Assembly: GCA_040954595.2 (NCBI GenBank) | Contig: CM082583.2 | Span: forward strand, 4,765,374-4,829,373 | DNA from: Balanoglossus misakiensis | Taxonomy: Eukaryota; Animalia; Hemichordata | Direction: 5' to 3' | Length of the DNA: 64,000 nt | In this document: piece by piece, positions 28,601-41,855 of the stretch | Layout of the letters: the number at the start of each line of letters is the position of its first letter | Numbering within the stretch: the stretch's first letter is position 1 | Notes under the pieces: model-generated | What the model was told of the DNA's origin: nothing | Seen by the model: only the letters and a program-made list of their open reading frames with translations | Database searches by the model: none | Position numbers and translations under genes: made by a program

Positions 28601-29654
28601 ACATGTGGCTTGTATCACTTCAATTAGAATGTTGAATGAAATATTCATGAACTATAATGTACAGTTGTGGTTGGTAATCTCCAGGTCTTTGGATAGTGTT
28701 TTCCAGAGTCGTCCTCCCACTCAAAAAATTAACATAACGAGGGTTTTATACTTTGCGATATAAGGACTTGGTGACAGGGGTCGTCTGCACTGCCTATCAA
28801 CATGGTTTCACCTCCACTCTTGATGATGAGTCAACACAGCCTGTTGGCATGGAAACTAGTTTATGTAGTGAGGCATCATGGTCTTTTTTTATCGCAAGGC
28901 CCCCTATCTCCTTGATTTGACAAGAAAAACGGCAAAAAATAACTTCTCTATATAACACACATTTCCTGCCATGTTCACGTTTATGAGTAAATGTTAATTC
29001 CAGTCCACAGCAAGGGAGCAAAATATGGATTATTCTACCTATGTCAATTTTAATTATTTAAAAAAATCATTGCTGTCGGTAATATTGTATTTTTTTTATC
29101 TATCCTGTGTCTGGAGTTGTATTGGTGTGTTAGATGCAAATTGACACGTGTATCGCTTGTGATATTTCTCACAAGAAATGGATCAATTTGCTTTCAATTT
29201 ACTGTGTCAAGAAAATTGTGTGTTCTAACATCTATTCTGGTAAAATAAATTTGAATTGGAGAATAAGGCGTTTCTTACACACACTAGCTTACCCACTATT
29301 TGCGCGTTAGTTTGAGATCAACCTCAATAATCACATGTAAAATATATGACAGCAAAATCACACCCCAAAATATTTAAAAAGGTGAAAACGCTAGTGGTGA
29401 GCTTGGTACCCCTGAATAATTTCCCACCGTACATAATAGTGCCTCCATAAATTGAAAATCCAGCCACTTAATGCGATGTGCTGTGTCACCGGTCAATTTT
29501 CATAATTATGCTGATATTGAATTGCTGTGCCGTTGTTGAATGGGAGAGCGGTCACATGAGCAAGCTCATTGTAATTTCTAATTTTCTCGGTGTATTGTTG
29601 CAGACGGTAAGCCCCACCTGCCTGGGTGCCAGAGATATTGTTTAAAGGACAGCC

Positions 29655-29696
29655 TATATAAGAGCGAGCCATCCATCAACTCTATCTAGTCAGTCG
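29655..29696 (+). promoter_or_regulatory. TATA box (TATATAAG 29655-29662) plus Inr-like TCAGTC (29690-29695): candidate internal hnRNP K/miR-7 promoter
   Basis: Motifs in the right order about 120 nt upstream of the start codon; spacing slightly longer than canonical. Confidence 0.5.
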
Positions 29697-29808
29697 TTTG
29701 CCGGCTACGGAGACGACCCTCCAACATTTTACTGTCAAACGTGTGTGTTTGCGCTTGAGCCCCGACTGTGAGCAAGCAGCAGCAGCAGCCCAACAGACAA
29801 ACATCAAT

Positions 29809-29821
29809 ATGCAAGACGAAG
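29809..29821 (+). CDS. HNRNPK: hnRNP K coding exon 1 (MQDE-G)
   Basis: ATG CAA GAC GAA G followed by strong donor gtaagc. Phase 1 matches the next exon, which has no ATG of its own. The preceding 205 nt are ATG-free. Confidence 0.75.
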
Positions 29822-32800
29822 GTAAGCTCTAATCGCCGTTTTCCTCGTTTACCCCGGCTGTCGTTTTATTGTTTGTGCCTTGTCTTGTCTTTACGTGGGT
29901 CTTTGTCGCTTCTCTGTGTTTTGTCTTAATGTGGTGTTAATTTCTCTTCATGAATGTGTAGGGGTAATTTAATTCTGTGGTAATTTAGAGGTTCAAGCAA
30001 GTCTGTGTATGTTGTGTGTGTGTGTCACTCTTACATCTGTGTCTCTTCATTTTTCTGTAAGTGTGGTTTTATTTCACCGAGTGAATGACGAACAACTTCA
30101 ACCGATGAACTGATTGGCGTTATTTTGAACATAATCCGAGTATAACGGTCATTAAGGGGGATACTTTTTTCTACTTAGGTAATGATAAGTAAAGATCAAT
30201 TTTTTTTGAGCGGTTTACACCGGGCATGAAAAATGGTACTTGAAGACTAATATAGCACCTTTATGCTGACAATTTGTATATCGGCGTGTTGAATGGAGTC
30301 TGTGGAAAATTTACCGTGAGAGGAGTCACGTGTGTGTGTGGGTTTTTTTTTTTCTTTAAAAAAAAGGAACATAGCAACAAGCGTAATTAGTGTGCAGTTC
30401 GTGTAGGTTACGGTGAAAAACTAGAGCAGTGGAAGATCAGTAATGAATTGGCAGACCCAGTGTAATGATTCCTGGAAGACAGATCAGAAGTGAATTAAAC
30501 TGCCGCCTTTTGCGGTGGCACTGCCGGGGTAGGATGTCGCGGCTCTCGCTACATCCACTGGTGAGGAGGAGGAGGAGGACCCCCCTCCCCTTATACTCCA
30601 GCTATTTTCTGTTGGCTTTGTGTGTGTGGCTACTACCGACGGTCTCTGTGAATGGGTTCTCCTTATGATTTCATTAGCGAGGGGGATGCTGAAATGCCGG
30701 GCTGCATATGTTCCTTTATCAAATCCCAGCTTAACGTCATTATAGTGTGTCTTGTAGCCATTAGTCTCTTCATACACCAGTTGTATTGCAACCATCGGAT
30801 TTTTTTTTTTTTTTTTGCCGCGGCGGTCTCATGAGACCCCACCGTGGCGAACACACGCATCAGAAATTTCATGGCAGAGGTGGGAAGTCCACGCTGCACT
30901 TTTTTTTTATATTCACCGCCAAGTTGAAAGTGAAAAGAATCCTGCCGGTGTGTATGTATCTCTTTGATCTGTGCGGGAGAAATCCAGCATTTTACAACCC
31001 GACGTGTAATCAGACTTCTGTGCTGAATAAATTGTCAGCTGGAAAGCTTTTATGCTTTGTTAATGACAGAGTGCCGTGAAGGGTGTCAAAAAGGGGGTCT
31101 GAGATACGAACGCCGCAGCGCTAACTTGCCGATGTTTATTTCTGTGCAGCTCCTGACTTTCACACCGTAGATTTGAACACCTCTTCTATGTTCTGTATCT
31201 AAGCTGTCTATTTATTGATTTTTAAGAGCAGTAGTTGGTTGCCTTTATGGTAGTAATTTCCCTCCAGCTTTTCGGCATTGATCCTGTAGTGTATTTTCTC
31301 CCGGGTCCACTGGCTTTCATCTTTTTCCTCGATATCCCACCAAATATTGAAGGAACTGGAAAAAAAAACGCATTTATATTGAACGCGCAGGGAAGGGCAT
31401 TATTTGACTGCGAAGTGAAATGTATAATTGCGCAGAAATGAGTGTACATAACATTATCAGGGAGTGTAGAAATGAGAGAAAAAAATTCCCTTGAATACAT
31501 GGCAGCTGTTGTATGTGAAAGCAATGAATATACCATGAGATAGCTGAGCTGTGTTCACGATGGAACTCAGAAATAATGAGAACAAACACACGCTATGTAA
31601 TTATGGGAGCTGGCAGATTTCTCCAACTTTCCGACACACAAAGACGTAGGACAAGCTATTCGATAATGTTAAGTGGGGACATATTTTTTAGAGGAAAATA
31701 ATAGTTTAGTTTGCCTATTGATTTTTTTCTTTCTGAAACACATGCACATTTACTGAGGCTGGCGTATAGTGTGAGAGTAAGCAAGCCCCAGAGAGGCAAG
31801 GGTTTAAGAAAATTGTGTAAGGTTGGATCATTAGATTATTAGAAAGTAACGACTTGGCATTCATTGTGAGAAAGGTGTTATTACGGTGCCTTGCTGTAAG
31901 CCTTTATGAAGGAAGACAATGGCCACAATGGCGCTGCAAAATGATTTGGTAGAGGTATTCATAGATTTAAACATGAATTAAAATGTGCCTCATTAGCAGG
32001 AAAATGTTCTTTCAACTTGCGGCACAAAAGAAGCAGGCTGGTGAATTATATCGCGGCGAGAGGGAGAGGAGAGTCTGTGGCCCAGCCATCGCACGGGGGA
32101 ATGTCTGCCTGTGATACCTGAACGACCGTGGACAGTTGGGGAAAATCCATTTGTACCTTGGAAACAGTGAAATATGGGGGGGATTTCATGACTAAACGCT
32201 AAGGAGAGATGAAGGCTGAGATAGTGCTGATCGCCTGAGAAGAAAGGGATGAGATAAATCCGGGGGTATAATGTTGCCAAGGATATTTATCATACTGGGT
32301 CTGGCAGCGCCTAGAGTTTTTAGCTGATGGACTATCTGCGCTGGCACCGGCATAATACAAATAATGGAATAAACCCGTCGTCGTCGTGTGCAGTGTAGAG
32401 TGTCTGCCAGTCTTCTGTTTAATAAGTAAACACGGTGTTGGGGGGGGGGGGGGAGGCGCTTTCAGCCTTGAAATCTTTACTTTGCTCTAGGCGTGCCCAC
32501 CTATTGGTGAGTTGCGCGTGGATTGTGGATGTCTGAGAACGCCGACCCCTCCCGGTTGGTGGCACAGCGTGCGACAGGATGGCAGAAGAGAGCCTTGTAT
32601 TCTTCCTTGGCTTCTGCACTGTGCAAAAAAAAAACCTGCGTGGAAAACGCGTCTCCAGAGCAACAGGTCATGTGACAGTGCACCGTTAATCTGTAAACAG
32701 CATGGGGAGGTCAAGTTCAGTGTGATTTAGTGCAGCTGCTCATAGCCAGGGAGTTTCATCTCCTATTGCAGCAGTGCAAGATTTTTTTTAAAATATATTC

Positions 32801-34320
32801 TAGCTGGGCGGTATTCTTGGAAAAATCTTACCCATGATAAAAAGCATAAATCAGAAATGTATCGTCTTCTCGCGTAGAGGCCACATGCCCAGGGTTTGCA
32901 AACCATACCCATGAAATTTCATATTTTTTTCCCTGCCAATCATCTGATATGGCAGCTTGTACTGTATATGTCAAAGTGGCTGAAATTGGTGTCATTTATA
33001 ATTTATTAGACAGAAATGTGATCTTTTCCATTAGAAGCCAGAAAATAATTGTCATTTCACTTAGAGGAAACCTATGTATACAGTTACAGAAACTTTTCTG
33101 TACAAAGTATCTCGTTACTTAATTAATTTTAACAAATCAAAATGTTCAACCGTCATTATGCGCAAGCTGGCTTTCAGAAGAGGAATAAATTTGAAATTGG
33201 GTATTGGTGGGAAAAAAAATGGTTTTATATCTAACCGTTATGGCAGTTGTCTGAAACCATAACGACCTCTGTGTGACAAGGCAGTTCCCATGCATCAGGG
33301 AGAGGCAGCGATGATTTGATTTGGACGTGAGGTTATTGCCATATTATCTGGATAAATTGCTGGTGATACTGAGCACTTAACATCTCTGACAAGGCACTAG
33401 CAGTGACAGACTGTGAACAGAAAAGCCTGGTTTGTGCAGCCAGTACGTAACACACTCTTCTTTTTTCTCTCTCTGTAATAATCCACGCCCACACACACGC
33501 GAAATGCTGTGTATCTTGCTGAAGGATTTCATGACAACATCCAATGAAATTGACGTTATGTTAACCAGCCATATTTGTGTCTATATAAGGCATCAAGTCC
33601 ACGCAATTTTCAAGACCAAGTCAAATTTCTCTTTTCATGTCGTGAAGGAATATGGCTTAGATATGATGCACCTTGTCTTCAAGAAGAAAAAAAAAAAACG
33701 GAAAAATCACCTAAAATCTGCAGATTAATCCAGAAATTATTCATGAAATACATATCTGAGAATATCAGCAATATCTGAGTAATATTTTTCAGATACAGAA
33801 TGTAGTTGAGATGCTACATAAATTTATCAGTTCATGTATGCATAATTTAAGGATATCTTATGAAAGATAAGCAACTATTTAATTACAATATAAATGAACT
33901 CGATGTGAGTTTCAAAGAAAATTTAGTACCATGTATATGTATTAAGTAAGGTACAATATGTTTTTTTCACATCGGTGCTAAAAGATTGTATCTGTAAGAT
34001 GTATATTTCGTGACTCGTCATGTCAGTGCAAAAAGATACGAAGAGCTAAATATGTTGTGCAGGTAGAACCTTTATGCTGGTGCGACGATCTTTTAGGGAA
34101 TTATCACCACAGGCGTTTCACCCACACGTCGGTCTGTATGGATCAACTGAAAAAGCTGATGGAGGTGGAAAAATGGTTAACAGAGTAAAATATAGAATGA
34201 GGGGTGGGCAGTGTCCATCTGGTTCAAGTTTGGTATGGTGATGGTTGGACTTGAACTGGCGTGTAGCAGTTCTTAAAGTGATTGTCAGCAAATGGTGAAA
34301 AAGCTGTGAAGGTTCTGTTA

Positions 34321-34518
34321 GAGATATATGGTCACCTATGCAAATTTAACCACAGTTGCCATGGTAAGCGCGGATCTAGCCAATCACAGATTTCCCTGGG
34401 TGGCCAAATGAAAAAAAATGCACCATCACATGGTCATATGAAGATGTAGACGAGCCTGTTTTAACCATACATGTATGTGTGAGCATATGTAAGTTGGCGA
34501 TGTCTGTAATCCTCCTAA
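34321..34518. mobile_element. Kolobok-type MITE, degenerate copy 2
   Basis: Collinear with copy 1 (ggtcacct...cagttgccatgg...gatctagccaatcacagattt...tgggtg); ends eroded. Confidence 0.7.
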
Positions 34519-37500
34519 ACCCCAATTCACTTGCAAGTGGCATCTTAGGATTCTATCTTCTCAGTGCAAAAGGAAATGAAACCAGAACACTGGAAAAGTG
34601 AATCTATTTGGATGTGAAAAACACGACAGAGTAGCAGGGTAGATTTTGTCTCCTCTCTGTCCACACAGATACGAGCAGCAGCCTGTTTTGTGTCAGACCA
34701 GTTGTTTTTTCTGCCTAATGAAAGTTTAATAGGTGATTGGTAATTATTTGAGTATGATCTGTCGTGGAGATTGCCCGGCACAACTACCATTACTTGTGTA
34801 ATCATTGTACTTCCTAACTGGCACGATAAGATCGGCGAATAGATTAGCAGCCGGCAAAGGGCTATCCCAGGGTCCTCTGCGGTGAATCCCTCTGCCGTCG
34901 TCGCCACTGCCTTCCTCGTGGAAATCCATGAGGCCAGTGTGATGGGAAATTTTTGCGCCAATATCAAGGCAGTTTTGATCAGAGTCAGGATGCATTTAAT
35001 TTGGGATATATTTTCGTTAAGATATTTTATAGGAAAAAAACAGTTGGCTGAGAAATTGCAGAGATAGAGTGATTTCTGCAATTCTGCATTACTTTCATCT
35101 TGTACAGGTTGTTAAGGCCGTGTGAGCATAGTGTAAATTTTGCTGAACAGATTTTGTGTGGAGAACTAATTGATTTTGGCATGTCCTTAGCATGGCTCTT
35201 CCCACATGTCCTAATTTTCATTACCAGCAGGGAAGGAGGGAATTTTTTTTTTGGATTTTTTTTTACAAAAAGTGGACTCGGATCCATGTGCTCGTGTGTC
35301 ATAAGAAATCAGGGGACTTCTGTTATCAAATTTGATGAATACTCCAGCAGATGTTTGGAAATTGAGGTGGTCTCGGAGGGCATTTCATCAGCGCAAGCAC
35401 AAAAGCCTTTAATGGCATTAAAAACACCCTAGCTCAGAGGCACCAAGTATTTGATATATCCACCAGCTTTCAGCATGGGTGTGCGTTATCGTCAGTTACT
35501 ACAGGCTAAGTAAACTGTCCTCCCAGACCTGATGGCTCTTTCAAGAATTCACACACAAAAAATTGCATCTCCTGAACTGGGAATTTTTCAAAGGATTTTT
35601 TCCACCTTTTTCTGTCGGTGCCACAGAATATCAAGGGAAAAAATGTTGATTGCCAGTATTGATAAAACTAACAGTCAATATTTTTTGGCCCCAGAAAGGG
35701 GGAGGAAACAAGAATCAATGTGAAGTGAAAATCATAAAAGCATTCTGGGGGAAAATGGGAAATATCGGCATTGATATTGAATGTGTATAAACTTAAATGG
35801 CAAAATTACATAAAAATTGAAATATATTTTCAGCTAAAATTAAGTGATAATGTGAAAAAAAATCCAAAAAAATATCAATGCCATTGCCAATCTTGTATCA
35901 TAGGTTTCTTCCTGTTTTGGTGGTTATTTTGTGCGGGGGAGAATCTAAATTCTTTTTGTCAGCTGAATATGTGACAAAGATACATGAGGGGGAAGCTCTT
36001 TTGCTTGGAGCAACTTTAATCCATCAAATTTGAGTAAACAGTGGAGAGATTAGCGAGTGGCTGTAGATGGGAGAGTGCGATTGGAAAGCCATGCGGATGG
36101 TGGAGACAGTCTGCACAGAAAAGCCGGTATCTTGATCAACCATGGGTGTAATGCCCAGAGTAACTACCTGCCCATTACCTGTCCCCTTGCATTAGCATCA
36201 AATGCGGCATCAGTGATTTGCAATTTATGGAGCATTTAAGAAAAAAATTCCCCAAGCTGCATCAGGGAGATTGTTGGCAGTGGGATCAGTTCAACATCCT
36301 TTTTATAAAACAAAAAAAATTCGGTGATCAAAAGTAAATAGTTGGGTGAAATGTCTCTCGCTGAAAAAAAGAGAGAAAAACGAGCTTGGAAGAATCAAGA
36401 TGGGGTGTACTTTAATAGTAATGGCAGATTGTGGCAGTCGGGTAGATTTTCTGATGGGGAGTGCGAAGCAGATGGTAGCTGTCACATCCAATTGAAATAG
36501 TAGTGTATAACAATTAGAAGTAATAATGGGTGTGCGCTGGGGTTATACGCACCAGTTTATACTGTGGTGTGCAAAATTGTCGCTGCCTCGTGTGCAGAAA
36601 TCTCATTACACCATGCAACCAGAGCACCTGCATTTTAAAGCATCTGAAAGGCCGGCACATCCAAATATTTATTCTTCATAACATATTCCACACATACATG
36701 TACACACAATGATTAACTGGTGTAATATTTGTTCAATCCCCCCCCCCTTACCAATTTTTTTTTTTCAGAGAAGAAAATGAAAATATTCTGAGTACAGTTT
36801 TGGGTTATTTTGGGAAGCTTTTAATCCACTTTGCCGTGGCAGTTGTCGTTTTTGACTCCAGGTCACAGGCCTGGAGCCTGGGTGTTGCTCCCTTGTGGGA
36901 GAGTAAAACGATCCATCTAGATTGGTTTCCATGAAGTTTGGAGGATGTCATTTCCTGAAGTAATACATCTGTCATTGTTTTAGCTGGCCCCCCAAATTAG
37001 CGGGGCCCGGCCTCCTCTGAGAGACGTGTTCAATTTAATCAATGCAAATGAGGGTGTCACTGGCAACAATGGCTCAACAGGTGGTTGGCTGGGACTCATT
37101 CATTTTATGGAGATTTGACAAATATTAAAATCAATGTGCAGCCTTGCCTTGTCATTTATTTGCTGCCTGTCACTCAGAGAGGAGGACCAGAGCCTTGAGT
37201 CGGTCGGGGGTGATATATCGAGTGTGCAGCTCGGATGTGACTGCATTTGACGGCGGTACACCGAATGTGCTTGATCTGTACGTGTGACCAAGATGAGTCT
37301 GTCGGGCAGTGTGGAAGGTAGGGACATGGTGTGGATGGGCACGGTGTGTTGATCTGTCTTTAAGTCTGTCTTGTCTGGTGATCAGGAAGATTTAACCGTC
37401 ATCATGTTTTGGTGGTTTGACTTGGGTTACAAGAAGGGTGGAAAAAGCTGTTTGTACAGCAGGCTTATTTTTAGTAAATACGGTGCGACTCGCACAGCAC

Positions 37501-40500
37501 GCGTACGTGCCGGTGTGACCGGGGATTTTCATATTGCCAGCCTCTGCTCTGTTGTCGCGCTGCCAAGGCCCCCGATCTGTTGCATTATTGAAATCTATAT
37601 GCGTGCGGTGTAGCCGCCCATATGCCAACGGAACTGAACCCAGAAAGACTAACAGGATTAGATTCCGTGCATAAGTGTGACAAATTGTAATGTATGTGGT
37701 GTGTTCAGTGGACCTGGGTTGCAGATACAGGTAGCACTGAAAGAGACAGGTGGACCAGGACTTGTAAAATACAAAAAAAAATGTCTGATGAATGTACTCT
37801 ATCAAGCCAAGTCAAATTCAGACAACGATTGGTCTGTTCTGTATAGTAGGTCATTTTTTTTCAAAGCTTTGAGAAGATGTAGGAGGCAAGCCCTGGCAGT
37901 TTATGTGCGGCAGAGTGTTTTGTGTTCAGCTGAATTGTTTAGCTATGTGTCAGGGAAGTGTTTTATACCCATATTGCACAGCACATGTGTGTTTTTAAAA
38001 TCAGTGTACAATACGTGCTAGCAGATGGATATCAGCAACATGTGGTCGCATTGAAACAACGTGTCACACAGGTGTGAATAACTGTATTCAGCATTCTGGT
38101 GAGCACAAGCAAGTCAGTTCTGAAATTTTTTATTTGTGTAAAAGCGCAAGGTTCGAGTTCTGAAACAGATAGCAATATTACATGTATAGTATTATGACAC
38201 AATATTTATGTTATGATTGAAATTTAGCCGTGTTTTGGATTCTGTAAAATTTTTGGGGCATGATTGAATTAAAAGTAGGAACAGAATACTTTGTACGAAG
38301 TATTAAAATACTTGACTCGTATGTAACCCTACTGAGTTGGTAATTTCACATTATAAAGCAAGCTTATCCAGAACCTAGGTAATTTGATATTTTCGTCTGT
38401 CACGTAGACGTGTTGTAGGCTTTGGATGCTCCATGTGCCTTGCTGTTTCTTAAGTATATTTGGAGGGGATGTTTGGATGGTATTATGGTTGTGTTGACAG
38501 AGTATCTCTCACACAAGTATTATGATACCCAGGGGTGTGGATTAAAAACTAGGCAGCGCAGCGCTTAGTGATCAGCCCACGAATGACCCCAATTAGGCAC
38601 CAGAAAGAAAAAACATTAAGTGAAATATAGTTTTGCGTAACACGGGAGTTATAGCAGGGATGCGACTGATGTCTGTCTGGCCATAGGATGATAGGATGCC
38701 TCTTCCTCTGACAGAATGACATGAAGAGGGGGGGGCCATCAAGAAAGGTGACGTGGGTAGTATATCACTGGTAATTTTTTTTTTTTTTGCATTCCCACTG
38801 CCCCTTTGCAAATTCGCTAAATCAAGCCGGCGCAGTGGGCTGCCATTTTGCGAGGCGACCCCAAGGTTGACATGCCATTAAATGGAGGGTACGGCTCAGA
38901 ATCTCAGCCCAGGTGTCAGGATAATGGATCCTGAAAGACATGATGGATTTAGCGAAATTTCAACGGAGGAAATCCTCTGTTAACAAGTCAAGCAGGCCGC
39001 TCTCATCCTCCATTACCGACGTCTCGACTGCAGCATTCCAAGATGGCCGCCGCACACTTCGATCATCACTGAAAGGCGGCAGTTCCTTTTTCCTTAGTTT
39101 GCCACTGCAATAGACAGGAGCGATTTTCTCTGTCCAAATTGGCAGTGTGCTTCGTCTCTCTTTTCTCTTAGGCACAATGCCGGGCTGTTGTGATGAAAGA
39201 GACTTCCCTTGTTGATTGTTCGGCATTGTGCAAAAAACCAAAATGACTTCCTGTCACTGTGCAAAAAAGAAATCTAAATGACAAAGGCCTTGTATAATTT
39301 CAGGTGATAAAAGTCACAATTTATTTTCTCAGCCATCATTACAAGCAGCATTCACCACCAGTCGGTGAAAATATTATAATGTATATTCAGTGCCCCTGTA
39401 TTTTTTTTAATGTCGGGAATATTAATGCTGTAAAAGCATTGTAGATTTGAATTTAAGATCCATCACGTGAAAGTAATCTCTCTTTGGGTCAACATTTTCC
39501 AGTGTTCAAGCTGCTTTTTTTTTACAATCCTCTGTTACAGGACATGAAAAATTTAGATTAGTTTTTGTGGAATTGAGACTGTAGATGAATTTTTAATCAG
39601 TGTAATCTATGTAATGTAATGAGTTGGATGTGTACCTCCACATACAACACAGCAATCAATCATCTTGTGCCAGGTTTTATTTTCCGTCTCTCGTACTTTT
39701 TTCATTCACCATGATGCGGTGAAGTTCTTGTGTCGAGTTGTTCTTGGATGATATTTTTCCCCATTCCATGAGCAGAGAGGAGTTCAGCGAATTTATCCCA
39801 GCGAATTTATCCCAGACATATAGTATGCAGTAAGATTATTGACAAAATCTATTTTGAAAAAAGAACTCTTTATGATGGAAATTGCTTCTGAGCAAGCCCT
39901 GTCAAACACGTTTTAATTCCCATTTTGGAGTGTATCTGATAACACAAACCCATTTCTTCCTCGCCTGGGCAAACTTGTTAATAATAGTGAATGCATGTCA
40001 GCCCCAGTTCTGCAAAATCTAATTTTTATAATCAGCCAAGAATTTTGAATGTGTGGAACACATCAATAGGCTATGAGAGACAGTCTTAGATTATGTCGGA
40101 TTTGTGATAAGGCAGTTCATACTCAGAAGACCAGTTATCAGCATAAGCTCATTTTAATATTTTTTTTTCTTTTTTGTATGTGTTCATGCTTCCATGGACG
40201 AGTTCAAAATAATGACGCCTATTACAATAAGATGCTTCTGTGTCTGCTTTTTTTATCCTGGCCCCTTCAGAAAGTGTGAATTTGAAATTCCATTTGGTGA
40301 CAATGCAGGATTATTGGCTTTCACTAGTTTCAGATAAGAGATGGACTCTCGCAAAATGTCACTATGTTCAGTTTTTGTAGCAGTGCAGTCCAGCAGAAGA
40401 GTGAACTTGAATATTTTAATGCGTCAAGTTGCAGGAATAACAGTGGGTCATTGAATAAATGGACATTATTGAACGGTAGTATGAATTTTGTTGAGCTGTC

Positions 40501-41818
40501 AATTATCTGTCATTAGCAAGACACAATCTTGTCAACACTTTAGTGTTTTTTAATATTGTCTTGCCATTGTATTTTCTTTCAGAAAACCTGTTATTAGCAT
40601 TAACTGATTTTTTTAGAAAAGAAAATAAAGGGATGAATATTTACGCCGGTGATAATGATTTAAAATTTGTTTGATCAGATGACACTTCTGGCGTTTTATC
40701 TCTAGATTTTTCTTGAACTCTGTTCACTAAATCTTTGACTGCCTCAGAAAAGAATCTTGAAGTCATCGTCATTTTCTGTCTATGAAAGAGCCAGACTTAA
40801 TTTGCCTACATGTACATGTAGTTGTTAGCATGCAAAAAGGACTCTTGGAAACTATGGTTATTGCAGGTTGCACACACACACACACACACACAGACAGACA
40901 CCTGCGCACATAATCGCACAACCAGTTTTTGTCAGCATTGGCGTTTGAAAAAAAAAAACATTTTTGAGAGCTGAGTCGTGTAGCCGATTTCCTCTGCTCA
41001 AAGACATACAAAGAATATAATGTGGGAAGTACTTTTCCCCCAAAAAAACGGTATCACCTGAGTTGATTCAGCTCAAATTTCTCCATACAAGTAAATGCTT
41101 TTATGACAAGCATTAGTTCTTTTCAGATTTTTTTCCCTTTAAATAGTACTTACTGTAAGAGTTACACACACACATGCTTTGTGTTTACTGAAAAATGCAG
41201 CGTTTTGATGTCTTACAAAGTACGACACTTGGTAAACGTGAATGTACCGCACAAGACAAGGAATTCATGGTCATTGTGTTGGAGAGGAGAACGATATCAC
41301 AACTGAGAGGAAGAAAGTGTCCCCCTCGCTCCTGCCTCTCCTAAAAATCATTTGTGCTCAAGGTGGATGGAATGGAGAGCAGGAAAGCAGGCAAAGCCTT
41401 GCCCATGGCTGAATTTCCGTGGAAGGATCTAATCAGCAGTTCAGTCGTTTCTGTCTGAAAGCGATTCCTGCATTTTGCAAGGACTGGTACTAAAAATCTA
41501 GAAAAATTAATCGCTGTCATCAATGTATTAAATTAGAACATTGTGTTCAGTACATGAAACGTGGACAAGTGAAACTCCATGCATGTTGTGTATGTCTAGC
41601 ACACCTCAGATGCCTGTATCATTTTATCATGGATTCATTACGAGATCCGTGTATATATGTACCAAGGAGATAAGTTGAGCAAACGTTGAAATAAGAGAAG
41701 GTGAAAATTGATGTGGAATAGTCATCTTTTTTGAAAACTTGATCATATTGCACACGCAAAATTGACGTAGATAAACAGTCAGACAGATAGATACATGTAG
41801 ATAGATAGATGTGGATAT

Positions 41819-41855
<37 letters not shown>

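Noticed and set aside
29505-29520. Partial resemblance to miR-1993 (ttatgctgatatt)
   Set aside because: Only a partial match and no convincing hairpin partner.
34545-35432. Overlapping ORFs up to 178 aa in intron 1
   Set aside because: No recognisable motif and open on both strands; consistent with chance.
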